Shown here: in pieces, positions 1 through 10,300 of the stretch
Numbering within the stretch: the stretch's first letter is position 1
Layout of the letters: each line of letters starts with the position of its first letter
Source: an uncultured virus (IMG/VR IMGVR_UViG_3300042898_006229)
Lineage: Duplodnaviria > Heunggongvirae > Uroviricota > Caudoviricetes
IMG/VR virus record: IMGVR_UViG_3300042898_006229
Length of the DNA: 20,000 nucleotides
Reading direction: 5' to 3' (one strand)
Translations under genes and position numbers: made by a program
Notes under the pieces: generated by a model
Databases searched by the model: none
What the model was told of the DNA's origin: nothing
The model's input: only the letters and a program-made list of their open reading frames with translations

Positions 1-1
1 A

Positions 2-3000
2 ACTGATGCTCAAACATTTGCTGGTGAAAAAACATTTACATCTGCAATCATTGGTGATCTTACAGGTACTGCTACAACAGCAGGATTTGCATTAACTGCA
101 AATTATTCTGATCAATCAGGGTATGGAATTACTTCTGGCCTTGCTACAACCGCAACTTATGCTCATCAAGCTGGATATGCAATTACTTCTGGATTTGCAA
201 CTACCTCTTCTTATTCCTATGAATCTGGTTACGGCATTACATCTGGTTTTGCTACAACAGCGTCATATGCTTATCAATCAGGCTATGGAATTACATCTGG
301 ATTTGCAACTACTGCTTCATATTCCTATGAATCTGGTTACGGAATTACATCTGGATTTGCAACAACTGCATCATACGCTCATCAGGCTGGATATGCTATT
401 ACTTCTGGAAGTTCTAACACTTCAGGATTTGCAACGACTTCTGGTTTTGCAACTACAGCATCAAACTTTAATATTTCCAGTGCATTATCTGGAACATTTT
501 ACCCAGTTCTTTCAAATACTTCATCTTCAGCTTCTGGTATTGGGGCATCAGTAAACGGTTTCTTTTCATTCAATGCATCCACTGGAGCATTTGCTGCTAC
601 TTCTATAAATATTTTCTCTGGTCAATCTTATAGCATTGATGGAAATAGTGTTCTCTCGGCAACTTCATTAGGAACTGGAGTAACTAACTCTTCTTTAATT
701 GCTTTAGGAACAATTACTTCTGGCGTTTGGGCTGGCACATTAATAACCGGATTCTACGGTGGTACAGGATACAACTCATACACCAAAGGTGATATTTTAG
801 TTGGAGCTGGGAATACATTTATCAAATTAAATGTAGGAACAGACAACTATGTTTTAACAGCATCTTCTTTATCATCTACAGGGCTGACTTGGTCTCCAAC
901 TGCAGCAACTGGCCTAACTACACTTAATGGATTGAGTGTAGGAATTCAAGATTTAGCATTTGGTTATACTGGAACTGTACCAGGGTTTTCATCCTCCGGT
1001 TCTACTCACACTTTAAATATACCATTAGCAGGTACAGGTTCTACAGGTTTAGTTTCAACTCAAGCACAAAGTTTTGCTGGAATTAAAACTTTTACTAACG
1101 CTGTTTCAATAACTGACAATACAGGTTCAGGATCTTACACTGCTGGTGCTTTGACAGTTACTGGTGGAGTTGGTATTGGAGGGACACTTAACGTTCAAGG
1201 TGACCTTAATGTTCAAGGCACCTTTACAACAATAAATTCCACTACCATAACAGTTGCTGATAAAAATATTGAATTAGGCGTTGTAGCAAGTCCATCTGAT
1301 TTGACTGCTGAAGGTGGTGGAATTACCCTTCGTGGAGCTACAAATAAATCTATAAACTGGTATTCTGGTGTAGGTTGGTCTTCTTCTGAAAGTTTCAATT
1401 TATCTTCTGGTAATACTTATAAAATTGCTGGTACTACTGTTCTTTCTAACAATACTTTAGGAACAGGAGTAATTTTCTCATCAATCCAAACTGCCGGAAT
1501 TATCACATCAGGCACTTGGTCTGCCACAGCAATCTCAGCATTGTATGGTGGCACTGGTTTAGTTCCATCATTTACAGTTGGAGATATTCTTTACGCTAAT
1601 ACGTCAACTACTTGGGGAAGATTAGCTGCAAATTCAAATTCAGGATATTTATTAGCCTCTGCAGGTTCAGGAGCAACTCCTACTTATGTAAATCCTGCTA
1701 CATTATCTGTAGGCTTTGCTTCTACTGCTACTTATGCATATCAGTCTGGGTATGCAATTACATCTGGTCTTGCTACAACTGCAACTTACGCACATCAGTC
1801 TGGGTATGCAAGCACATCTGGTTTTGCTACAACTGCTTCTTATGCTTATCAATCTGGTTATGGATTAACTTCAGGCCTTGCTACTACTGCAAACTATGCG
1901 CATCAGTCAGGGTACGCAATTACGTCTGGAAGTTCAAGTACTTCGGGATTTGCCACTACTTCTGGTTTTGCAACTACAGCATCAAATTTAAATGTATCTA
2001 ATGCTGCTTCTGGTATATTCTTTCCAGTACTTTCTAATACTTCATCTACAACTTCTGGTGTTGGCGCATCTGTAAACGGTTTCTTTTCGTTCAATGCAGC
2101 TACTGGAGCTTTTGGTGCTACTTCTGTCAATATTCTATCAGGCCAATCTTATAGCATTGGTGGTAATAGTGTACTTTCAACAACATCATTAGGCACTGGT
2201 GTTACTAACTCATCCTTGACTGCAATAGGAACTATTACTACTGGTGTTTGGGCAGGTTCATTAATAACTGGATTCTATGGTGGTACTGGTTATAACTCAT
2301 ACACTAAAGGTGATATTTTAGTTGGTGCTGGTTCTACATTTATTAAATTAAATGTAGGCTCTGATAATTTTGTTTTAACTGCTAACTCTTCATCTTCAAC
2401 TGGTCTTACTTGGTCACCAACTGCAGCAACTGGAATAACAACACTAAATTCTTTAACTGCAACACAACAATTTTTCTCTACTGGAACTTCTGGAACTGGA
2501 TTCAATATTGCTTCTTCTGGAAGTACGCATACATTCAATATTCCAATTGCAGGTACAGGTGCAACAGGTTTAGTCTCAACTTTAGCACAATCTTTTGCTG
2601 GAATTAAGACATTTACTAGCGATGTAATAGTTAGTTCAACAACTGGGTCAACCGCATTCAATACTGGTTCACTTACTGTTTATGGTGGATTAGGTGTTTC
2701 TGGTCAATTATCATTCAATCAGGCTGCTTTAGGATATACTGGCGCTTCTAACCCTTCTATTGCGTTTATTGGAAGTACAACAGCTGCTCCAATAACCCTG
2801 ACTGTTCTTTCAGATAATTCACTTCTTTGGGAAGGTACATCTGGAAAACTATTTGGTATCAATAACAATCTTTCATCAGGTTGGATTTTCAATGTTGGAG
2901 ATATATCTGGTCTTCCAATAATTCGTGCCAATGCTGATGGAACAATTGCAATGGCCGAATTTGCAGCCAATGTAGGTATAGGTCTTTCAAATCCATCTTA

Positions 3001-6000
3001 CAAATTGCATGTTGCTGGTGATACTAATTTATCATCTACCTATGTTTATAGAATCAACGGTACTCAAGTTCTTTCAGCCTCATCTTTAGGCACTGGAGTA
3101 ACTAATTCTTCACTAACAGCAGTAGGAACACTTTCCACTGGTGTTTGGGCAGCAACTGCAATTACTGCTTTTTATGGTGGTACAGGATACAACTCATATA
3201 CTAAAGGTGATATTCTTGTTGGAGCTGGCAGTACATTCATTAAGTTGGGTGTAGGTACAGATAGTTATGTTTTAACTGCCAACTCTTCATCTTCAACAGG
3301 TTTGACTTGGTCTCCAACTGCTGCAACTGGATTAACAACCTTAAATGGCTTAAATGTAGGATTACAATATTTTGCCACAGGAACTTCTGGAACTGGATTT
3401 AATATATCTTCTTCTGGATCTACACATACATTCAATATACCAATAGCAGGCTCTGGTGCAACTGGTCTTATATCAACACTTGCTCAAACAATTGCAGGTC
3501 AGAAAACATTTACAAGCGCTATCATCGGTGACCTTACAGGTACTGCTACAACTGCTAGTTTTGCGTCTACAGCAAATTATGCACATCAATCAGGATATGC
3601 AATAACTTCCGGATTTGCTACAACCGCTAATTATTCATATCAATCTGGTTATGGAATAACCTCAGGATTTGCTACAACAGCTAGCTATGCATATCAATCT
3701 GGATATGCAATAACGTCAGGTTCATCTGCATTCGCTACTACTGCAACATATTCACATCAAGCTGGATATGCGATTACTTCAGGATTTGCAACAACAGCTG
3801 GTTATGCATATCAATCTGGATATGGAATAACGTCTGGTTTTGCCACAACTGCAAATTATGCTTATCAATCCGGGTATGCAATTACCTCAGGATTTGCTGC
3901 TACATCAAGTTACTCCTATCAATCAGGGTATGCTATAACTTCTGGTTTAGCTAGTACTGCAACATTAGCACTTACAGTTTCTTCTAACAATACAATTGTA
4001 AATGCTGATTACAACATCCCATTCTTTAGTGGAACAGCTTTATCAACTAATAACAGTTTATATTACAACCCATCCACAGGTAGATTTAACGCACCTATTC
4101 ACACTGGTTCTTGGGCTGGAAACACCATCACTTCATTCTACGGTGGCACTGGTTTCCAAACTTACAGTACTGGTGATTTACTAGTTGGTGCTGGTGCAAC
4201 ATTATCTAAACTATCTGTTGGTACTAATAATTTTATTTTAGTTGCAGATAGTGCTGTTCCAGGTGGTATCAAGTGGGCTAATGTATCTGGTTTTGCAATT
4301 ACCAACATAAACGGTTTAACTGCATCTAAACAAGACCTAGCGTTTGGTTATTCTGGAACTGTCCCTGCCTTTTCATCTTCTGGCTCAACACATACACTAA
4401 ATATTCCAATTGCTGGTACAGGTGCTACAGGCTTAGTGTCTACACAAGCACAAAGTTTTGCCGGAATCAAAACTTTCACAAATGCTGTTTCAATAACAGA
4501 TAGCACAGGTTCAGGTTCTTATACTACTGGCGCTTTAGTTGTTACTGGTGGAGTAGGAGTAGGCGGAACACTTAATGTCCAAGGCGACCTTAATGTTCAA
4601 GGTACATTTACTACAATCAATTCGACAACAATAACAGTTGCTGATAAAAATATTGAACTTGGTGTTGTTGCAAGCCCATCTGATTTGACTGCTCAAGGTG
4701 GAGGTATCACTTTACGTGGTGCTACTGATAAATCTATAAACTGGTATTCTGGGGTGGGTTGGTCATCTTCAGAAAGTTTTAATTTAGCATCAGGCAACAC
4801 TTTCAAAATAAATGGCACCAATGTTATTTCAAGTTCTTCTCTTGGAACAGGTGTAACAAATTCTTCACTTACTGCTGTAGGAACAATTACCACTGGAGTT
4901 TGGTCTGCAACTGCAGTTACAGCATTGTATGGTGGAACTGGATTAGTTCCTTCATTTACTGTTGGAGATATTCTTTACGCTAACACTACAAGCACTTGGG
5001 GAAGACTAACTGCAGATTCAAATTCTGGATATGTATTAGTTTCTGCAGGTTCTGGTGCTACTCCAACATATGTAGCACCATCTACTTTGTCTGTAGGATT
5101 TGCTTCCACTTCAAGTTATTCTTATCAATCTGGTTATGCAATAACAGCAGGTTTAGCTACAACTGCTGCGTACTCACATCAAGCAGGGTACGCTATTACT
5201 TCAGGGTTAGCCACAACAGCCACTTACGCTCATCAGTCTGGTTATGGTATAACTGCTGGTTTAGCCACTACTGCAACATACGCCCATCAATCTGGATATG
5301 CAATAACTTCTGGATTTGCAACTACTGCTACAAATATAAATGTTGTTTCAGCTACCACAAATACTAACCATCGAGTATTGTTTACTCCAGCATCAGGAAC
5401 TGCTTCTGGAGCAGCTGTTTCAACAGAAAATACTTTTGTATACAATCCATTCACAGATATTCTTTCTGTATCTGGATTGGCAGTCACAGGTTCAACTGTA
5501 TCTACAAGCTCAACTACTGGAGCTTTAGTTGTAACAGGCGGTGTAGGTATCGGCGGAACAGTATATACAGCCACTGACTTAAATGTTGGAAATTCCGCAA
5601 TTGGAAGACTTTATTTCAGCCAAGCAACATTGGGCTCGGCTGGTACTACTGTCATTCCTTCTATGGCATTTATTGGAACAACAAACTCTCCAATAACATT
5701 GTCTGTACTTGCTGACAATTCACTTTCTTTTGATGGTAGTTCTGGGCAATTATTCTCAATAAACAACAATCTATCTTCTGGTTGGATATTTGCCGTAAAT
5801 GATATATCTGGCCTACCTTTATTACGTGCTAATGCTGATGGCACTGTTGCAATGGGTGAGTTTGCTGGAAATGTTGGCATAGGACTTTCTAATCCATCTT
5901 ACAAACTGCACGTTGTCGGTGATACTAATCTTTCATCTGGATATGTCTACAGAATCAACGGCACTCAAGTTCTTTCCTCAACATCTTTAGGAACTGGAGT

Positions 6001-7345
6001 TACAAATTCTACCCTAACAGCAGTAGGAACAATTACTACTGGTACTTGGTCAGCAACTGCAATAACTGCATTCTATGGTGGAACAGGATACAATTCATAC
6101 ACAGTTGGGGATTTACTAGTTGGTGCTGGATCAACTTTATATAAATTGCCAATAGGAACAAATAATTTTGTTCTTACAGCAGACAATACTGCTCCTGGTG
6201 GTATAAAGTGGTCTGTTGCTGCATCTACTGGTGTAACAACAGTAAATTCTCTTACATCATCAATTCAGTATTTTGCTACTGGAACTTCTGGATCTGAATT
6301 CAATATATCTTCTTTAGGTTCCACCCATACATTTAATATTCCAATAGCTGGAACTGGTGCTACTGGTCTTGTTTCTACTTTAGCACAATCTTTTGCTGGT
6401 GTTAAAACTTTTACTAATGATTTAGTAGTTTCAAGTTCGACAGTTTCAACATCAACTTCAACTGGTGCATTAACTGTCACTGGTGGAGTTGGAATTGGTG
6501 GAAGTTTATTTACTGGAACATCAACTGCAGATAGTATTTCTGGTGTAGTTTTAAATAATGGTGTAATTTCTTCTGGTAGTTGGGCTGGAACATTAATAAC
6601 TGCTCTTTATGGTGGAACGGGATATAACTCTTACACAAAGGGTGATTTATTAGTTGGTTCAGGAAGTACATTCATAAAACTTCCAGTGGGCATTAATAGT
6701 TATGTACTTGGCGCAGATTCTTCGAAGCCTTCAGGAGTTGGCTGGACTACAGTAACTCCATTAACTGTTTCTGATACTCCTCCAACAAGTCCAAAAAATG
6801 CAGATCTTTGGTTTAACTCTGTAGATGGCGGTTTACTTGTTTATTACACTGATGTAGATACTAATCAATGGGTTGAAATTGCTCTTGGTAGTGGAATTGA
6901 TTTATCACAACCTGTTCATATTACTAACACAACAGCTTCTACATCAACTTCTACTGGCGCATTAATTGTTGATGGTGGAGTAGGTGTTGCAGGAACAGTT
7001 TATGCATCATCTTTTAGTATCAACGGAATTTATGATCAAATTTCATCTACGTTAGTTACATCTGCCACCACTGCAAATCAAGTTGCGTTGTCAATAGACG
7101 CATCATCATTTAGAACAGCAAAAATGGTTGTGCAAGTAACATCTGGTTCAAATTATCATTCACAAGAAATTTTGATGGTGCACGATGATAGCCAAGTATA
7201 TATGACTGAATATGCGATGGTCAATACTGGTGCAATTGGATCAACATTTGATGGAGATATTTCTGGTGGCAATATGAGATTTTTAGTAACACCAACAAAT
7301 GCAGTAACAACTTATAAAATTGCTTGTTCTGTTATGAGGATTTAG
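2..7345 (+). CDS. Giant repetitive tail fibre-like structural protein, 5' truncated (>=2447 aa)
   Basis: Manual translation shows frame 2 open from base 2 (TDAQTFAGEKTFTSAIIGDLTGTATT...) into the 932..7345 ORF with no stop. G/S/T/A-rich, with repeated GALxVTGGVGIGG, DKNIELG, YGGTGYNSYTKGDILVG and NVGIGLSNPSYKLHV modules. Near the C-terminus are TPPTSPKNADLWFNS...VYY...QWVE (6776-6877) and FRTAKMVVQVT...EILMVHD...YMTEY (7109-7342), which resemble T4-like cyanophage fibre domains as I recall them. Confidence 0.85.
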   Translation, partial: TDAQTFAGEKTFTSAIIGDLTGTATTAGFALTANYSDQSGYGITSGLATTATYAHQAGYAITSGFATTSSYSYESGYGITSGFATTASYAYQSGYGITSGFATTASYSYESGYGITSGFATTASYAHQAGYAITSGSSNTSGFATTSGFATTASNFNISSALSGTFYPVLSNTSSSASGIGASVNGFFSFNASTGAFAATSINIFSGQSYSIDGNSVLSATSLGTGVTNSSLIALGTITSGVWAGTLITGFYGGTGYNSYTKGDILVGAGNTFIKLNVGTDNYVLTASSLSSTGLTWSPTAATGLTTLNGLSVGIQDLAFGYTGTVPGFSSSGSTHTLNIPLAGTGSTGLVSTQAQSFAGIKTFTNAVSITDNTGSGSYTAGALTVTGGVGIGGTLNVQGDLNVQGTFTTINSTTITVADKNIELGVVASPSDLTAEGGGITLRGATNKSINWYSGVGWSSSESFNLSSGNTYKIAGTTVLSNNTLGTGVIFSSIQTAGIITSGTWSATAISALYGGTGLVPSFTVGDILYANTSTTWGRLAANSNSGYLLASAGSGATPTYVNPATLSVGFASTATYAYQSGYAITSGLATTATYAHQSGYASTSGFATTASYAYQSGYGLTSGLATTANYAHQSGYAITSGSSSTSGFATTSGFATTASNLNVSNAASGIFFPVLSNTSSTTSGVGASVNGFFSFNAATGAFGATSVNILSGQSYSIGGNSVLSTTSLGTGVTNSSLTAIGTITTGVWAGSLITGFYGGTGYNSYTKGDILVGAGSTFIKLNVGSDNFVLTANSSSSTGLTWSPTAATGITTLNSLTATQQFFSTGTSGTGFNIASSGSTHTFNIPIAGTGATGLVSTLAQSFAGIKTFTSDVIVSSTTGSTAFNTGSLTVYGGLGVSGQLSFNQAALGYTGASNPSIAFIGSTTAAPITLTVLSDNSLLWEGTSGKLFGINNNLSSGWIFNVGDISGLPIIRANADGTIAMAEFAANVGIGLSNPSYKLHVAGDTNLSSTYVYRINGTQVLSASSLGTGVTNSSLTAVGTLSTGVWAATAITAFYGGTGYNSYTKGDILVGAGSTFIKLGVGTDSYVLTANSSSSTGLTWSPTAATGLTTLNGLNVGLQYFATGTSGTGFNISSSGSTHTFNIPIAGSGATGLISTLAQTIAGQKTFTSAIIGDLTGTATTASFASTANYAHQSGYAITSGFATTANYSYQSGYGITSGFATTASYAYQSGYAITSGSSAFATTATYSHQAGYAITSGFATTAGYAYQSGYGITSGFATTANYAYQSGYAITSGFAATSSYSYQSGYAITSGLASTATLALTVSSNNTIVNADYNIPFFSGTALSTNNSLYYNPSTGRFNAPIHTGSWAGNTITSFYGGTGFQTYSTGDLLVGAGATLSKLSVGTNNFILVADSAVPGGIKWANVSGFAITNINGLTASKQDLAFGYSGTVPAFSSSGSTHTLNIPIAGTGATGLVSTQAQSFAGIKTFTNAVSITDSTGSGSYTTGALVVTGGVGVGGTLNVQGDLNVQGTFTTINSTTITVADKNIELGVVASPSDLTAQGGGITLRGATDKSINWYSGVGWSSSESFNLASGNTFKINGTNVISSSSLGTGVTNSSLTAVGTITTGVWSATAVTALYGGTGLVPSFTVGDILYANTTSTWGRLTADSNSGYVLVSAGSGATPTYVAPSTLSVGFASTSSYSYQSGYAITAGLATTAAYSHQAGYAITSGLATTATYAHQSGYGITAGLATTATYAHQSGYAITSGFATTATNINVVSATTNTNHRVLFTPASGTASGAAVSTENTFVYNPFTDILSVSGLAVTGSTVSTSSTTGALVVTGGVGIGGTVYTATDLNVGNSAIGRLYFSQATLGSAGTTVIPSMAFIGTTNSPITLSVLADNSLSFDGSSGQLFSINNNLSSGWIFAVNDISGLPLLRANADGTVAMGEFAGNVGIGLSNPSYKLHVVGDTNLSSGYVYRINGTQVLSSTSLGTGVTNSTLTAVGTITTGTWSATAITAFYGGTGYNSYTVGDLLVGAGSTLYKLPIGTNNFVLTADNTAPGGIKWSVAASTGVTTVNSLTSSIQYFATGTSGSEFNISSLGSTHTFNIPIAGTGATGLVSTLAQSFAGVKTFTNDLVVSSSTVSTSTSTGALTVTGGVGIGGSLFTGTSTADSISGVVLNNGVISSGSWAGTLITALYGGTGYNSYTKGDLLVGSGSTFIKLPVGINSYVLGADSSKPSGVGWTTVTPLTVSDTPPTSPKNADLWFNSVDGGLLVYYTDVDTNQWVEIALGSGIDLSQPVHITNTTASTSTSTGALIVDGGVGVAGTVYASSFSINGIYDQISSTLVTSATTANQVALSIDASSFRTAKMVVQVTSGSNYHSQEILMVHDDSQVYMTEYAMVNTGAIGSTFDGDISGGNMRFLVTPTNAVTTYKIACSVMRI
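83..406 (+). repeat. Intragenic tandem repeat block 1: six 54-nt (18-aa) units, consensus GFATTASYAYQSGYAITS
   Basis: Units start at 83, 137, 191, 245, 299 and 353. Confidence 0.9.
947..1927 (+). repeat. ~1-kb intragenic duplication, copy A (partner at 4331-5311)
   Basis: Colinear at a constant offset of 3384 nt (947/4331 QDLAFGY; 1253/4637 VADKNIELG; 1712/5096 GFAST). Protein highly similar, with many third-position differences. Confidence 0.9.
1712..1927 (+). repeat. 18-aa tandem repeat block 2: four units
   Basis: GFASTATYAYQSGYAITS / GLATTATYAHQSGYASTS / GFATTASYAYQSGYGLTS / GLATTANYAHQSGYAITS. Confidence 0.9.
3557..3943 (+). repeat. 18-aa tandem repeat block 3: seven units with one 3-aa (GSS) insertion
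   Basis: Read from the translation; 7x54+9 nt fits the coordinates. Confidence 0.9.
4331..5311 (+). repeat. ~1-kb intragenic duplication, copy B, containing 18-aa repeat block 4 (5096-5311, four units)
   Basis: Colinear with 947-1927 at offset 3384. Confidence 0.9.
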
Positions 7346-7347
7346 TA

Positions 7348-10300
7348 ATGGCAATAAAGCGAAGTTTTATATTATCAAGCGGAATTGGAGTAAGTGCTGA
7401 TAATCTTTTTGTTGTCAATAATACAAATTCAGTGTCATCTACTACTGGATCTATTGTATTAAGTGGAGGAATTGGTATTGGTCAGTCTGCATCTATAAGT
7501 GGTAGATTACAGATGTTTAATGGAGCAAATTACACATCATTTGTTTCTTCTGCTACTGGTAATACAGTTTATACTTTACCAGCAACTAGTCCAGCTACAG
7601 GAAGTTCTGTTCTGCAATCAACTTCTGCTGGTGTAATGAGTTGGGTTCCGATGACAGCTACAAGTGGCTCCTCTGGATTAGCCACGACTGCTGAAAATAT
7701 TAATACTGTTGCAGCATCTACCAACGCAAATCATCATATTTTGTTTTCTCCAGTAAATGGAGGTAGCGGTGTAGCTGTTTCTTCTGACGCAGGACTATTA
7801 TTCAATCCAGCCTCAAACACACTTACAACTAACACGTTTTCTGCAGGTGTATCTGTAGCCACAGTTGCAGCAAGTGTGTCAGGTTCTACTGCTTCAACTA
7901 CAACCACAACTGGTGCATTAGTAGTTACAGGTGGAGTTGGTATAGGTCAATCTGTTTCTGTTGGTGGCAGATTGCAAATGTTCAACGGTGCTAATTACAC
8001 TGCTTTTGTTTCTTCCGCTTCAGGTAATACTGTCTATACTTTACCAGCCACATCGCCAGCCACAGGATCCTCAGTATTACAATCAGATACATCAGGCGTT
8101 TTAGCTTGGGTTCCAATGACAGTTAGCAGTTCATCTGGTAATACTGCTCAAAATATTGTTGTAAATACTGCTGGAAACGCAAATGTTTTCCATCCAATTT
8201 TATTTACACCAGATTCATTATCTGCTGGATCTGCTGTTTCTAGTGATGGGACTATATCGTTCAATCCATCAACAGAAATATTAAATGTATCTGGTTTGGC
8301 GATTACTTCTACAACAGCATCTACAAATTCTACTTCCGGCGCTTTGATAGTTACTGGTGGAGTGGGAATAGGCGGCAGTTTATATGTCGCTGGTGATTTG
8401 ACAATAAATGGCACAACAACCACTATTAATACAGTAACCTTGACCGTTGATGATAAAAATATTGAATTAGGTTCTGTTGTAACTCCATCCGACGTTACTG
8501 CTGAAGGTGGCGGAATAACTCTTCGTGGTGCTACTGATAAATCTATAAACTGGTACACTGGTACAGGCTGGTCATCATCTGAATCTTGGAATTTAGCATC
8601 AGGTAATACATATAAAATAAACAATACCGCTGTTATTTCAAATTCATCTTTAGGAACAGGAGTAACAAATTCTAGTCTCACAGCTTTAGGCACAATTACT
8701 ACTGGTGTTTGGTCTGGAACTTCAATTACAGCCTTTTATGGTGGGACTGGTCTTCAAACTACATTTACAGTAGGTGATATACTTTACGCAAACACTTCTT
8801 CTACTTGGGCAAGATTAACTGCAAATTCAAATTCAGGTTATGTTTTAACTTCAGCTGGATCTGGTGCCACTCCAACATATGTAGCTCAATCAACATTATC
8901 AGTAGGAAATGCAACTTCTTCTGGAATTGCTACAACTGCACAAAATATTAATGTAATTTCAGCATCTACAAATGCAAATCACCCATTATTATTCACACCA
9001 TCTTTTGGTTCTGCTTCTGGCTTAGCGGTATCTTCTAACACCACATTAGTATATAATCCATCTTCAGATATATTGAGCGTTTCTGGTGCTGCAATAACCT
9101 CAACTACGGCATCAAATACAGCTTCAACAGGCTCTTTAGTTGTAACAGGCGGAGTTGGTATCGGTCAATCTGTAAGTGTTGGTGGAAGGCTACAATTATT
9201 CAATAGCTCAAACTACACTGCATTTGTTTCTTCTGCCACTGGAAACACAGTTTATACATTACCAGCAACTTCACCAGCTACAGGAAGTTCGGTATTGCAA
9301 TCAACTTCTGCAGGTGTATTAAGCTGGGTTCCTATGACTGCTGGAGCTGCATCTGGAAACACTGCTCAAAATATAGTTGTAAATACTGCTGGAAATGCAA
9401 ATGTTTTCCACTCAATTTTATTTACACCATCTTCATTATCTGCTGGATCTGCTGTTTCTAGCGACTCAACAATATCATTCAATCCATCAACTGAAATATT
9501 GAATGTTTCTGGTTTAGCAATCACATCTGGTACTGCTTCTACAAATACAACTACTGGAGCATTAGTAGTAAGGGGTGGGCTTGGAGTTACTGGTCAATTA
9601 TCATTTGCTCAAGCTTCATTTGGATTTACTGGTATTACTACAAATCCTATTATGTCATTTATTGGAGCAACATCTAGTTCGCCAATAACTCTTACTGTTC
9701 TCACTGACAATTCACTTAATTTTGAAGGCTCACAAGGCTCAGTATTTTCTATTGATAGTAATTTGTCTTCTGGTGAAATATTCTCTGTAAGTGATATATC
9801 TGGTTTGCCAATTATTAGTGCTTCTGCTGGTCAAACTGTAAATATCAATGAGTTTGGTGGATATACACAAATTGGCAATGGCTCAATAAATTCATCATCA
9901 ACAACTACTGGTTCATTAGTTGTTTCTGGCGGATTTGGACTCACTGGAAATGCAAATATTGGTGGAACTGTTAGAATCACAAATACTACCAACAGTTCTT
10001 CTACTACATCTGGTGCATTAGTTGTTAATGGTGGCGCAGGTATTACTGGAAATGCAAATATTGGTGGAACTGTTAGAATCACTAATACCACTAATAGTTC
10101 TTCTATTACATCTGGCGCTTTGAGTGTAAATGGTGGTTTAGGTGTGACAGGTAATGCGTTTATTGGCGGAACAGTAAATGTAACTAATACCACAGCCGCT
10201 ACAGGTGTTTCAACGGCAGCATTAGTCGTAAGCGGAGGATTGGGAGTTCAAGGCGATTTATTTGTTGCTGCAAATGCAAATACCAAATTAAGCATTATGC

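Noticed and set aside
83..406. CRISPR-like periodicity
   Set aside because: The 54-nt units are degenerate at third codon positions, in frame and have no unique spacers, so this is a coding repeat.
123..554. 143-aa Leu/Gln-rich ORF, and similar off-frame plus-strand ORFs (1612-2001, 2410-2607, 4002-4184, 4996-5367, 5340-5528, 11246-11434)
   Set aside because: Most are shifted-frame readings of the repetitive fibre gene; 11246-11434 is largely antisense to the 213-aa gene. Their Leu- or Cys-rich composition is what the real frame's codon bias produces.
932..934. TTG start for the giant ORF
   Set aside because: The frame is open to base 2 and the upstream part encodes the same modules.
7343..7350. 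TAG-TAATG junction as a hint of TAG recoding (read-through would give a standard TAATG overlap)
   Set aside because: No in-frame TAG or TGA interrupts any long gene across thousands of codons, so the standard code suffices. A double stop is the simpler reading.
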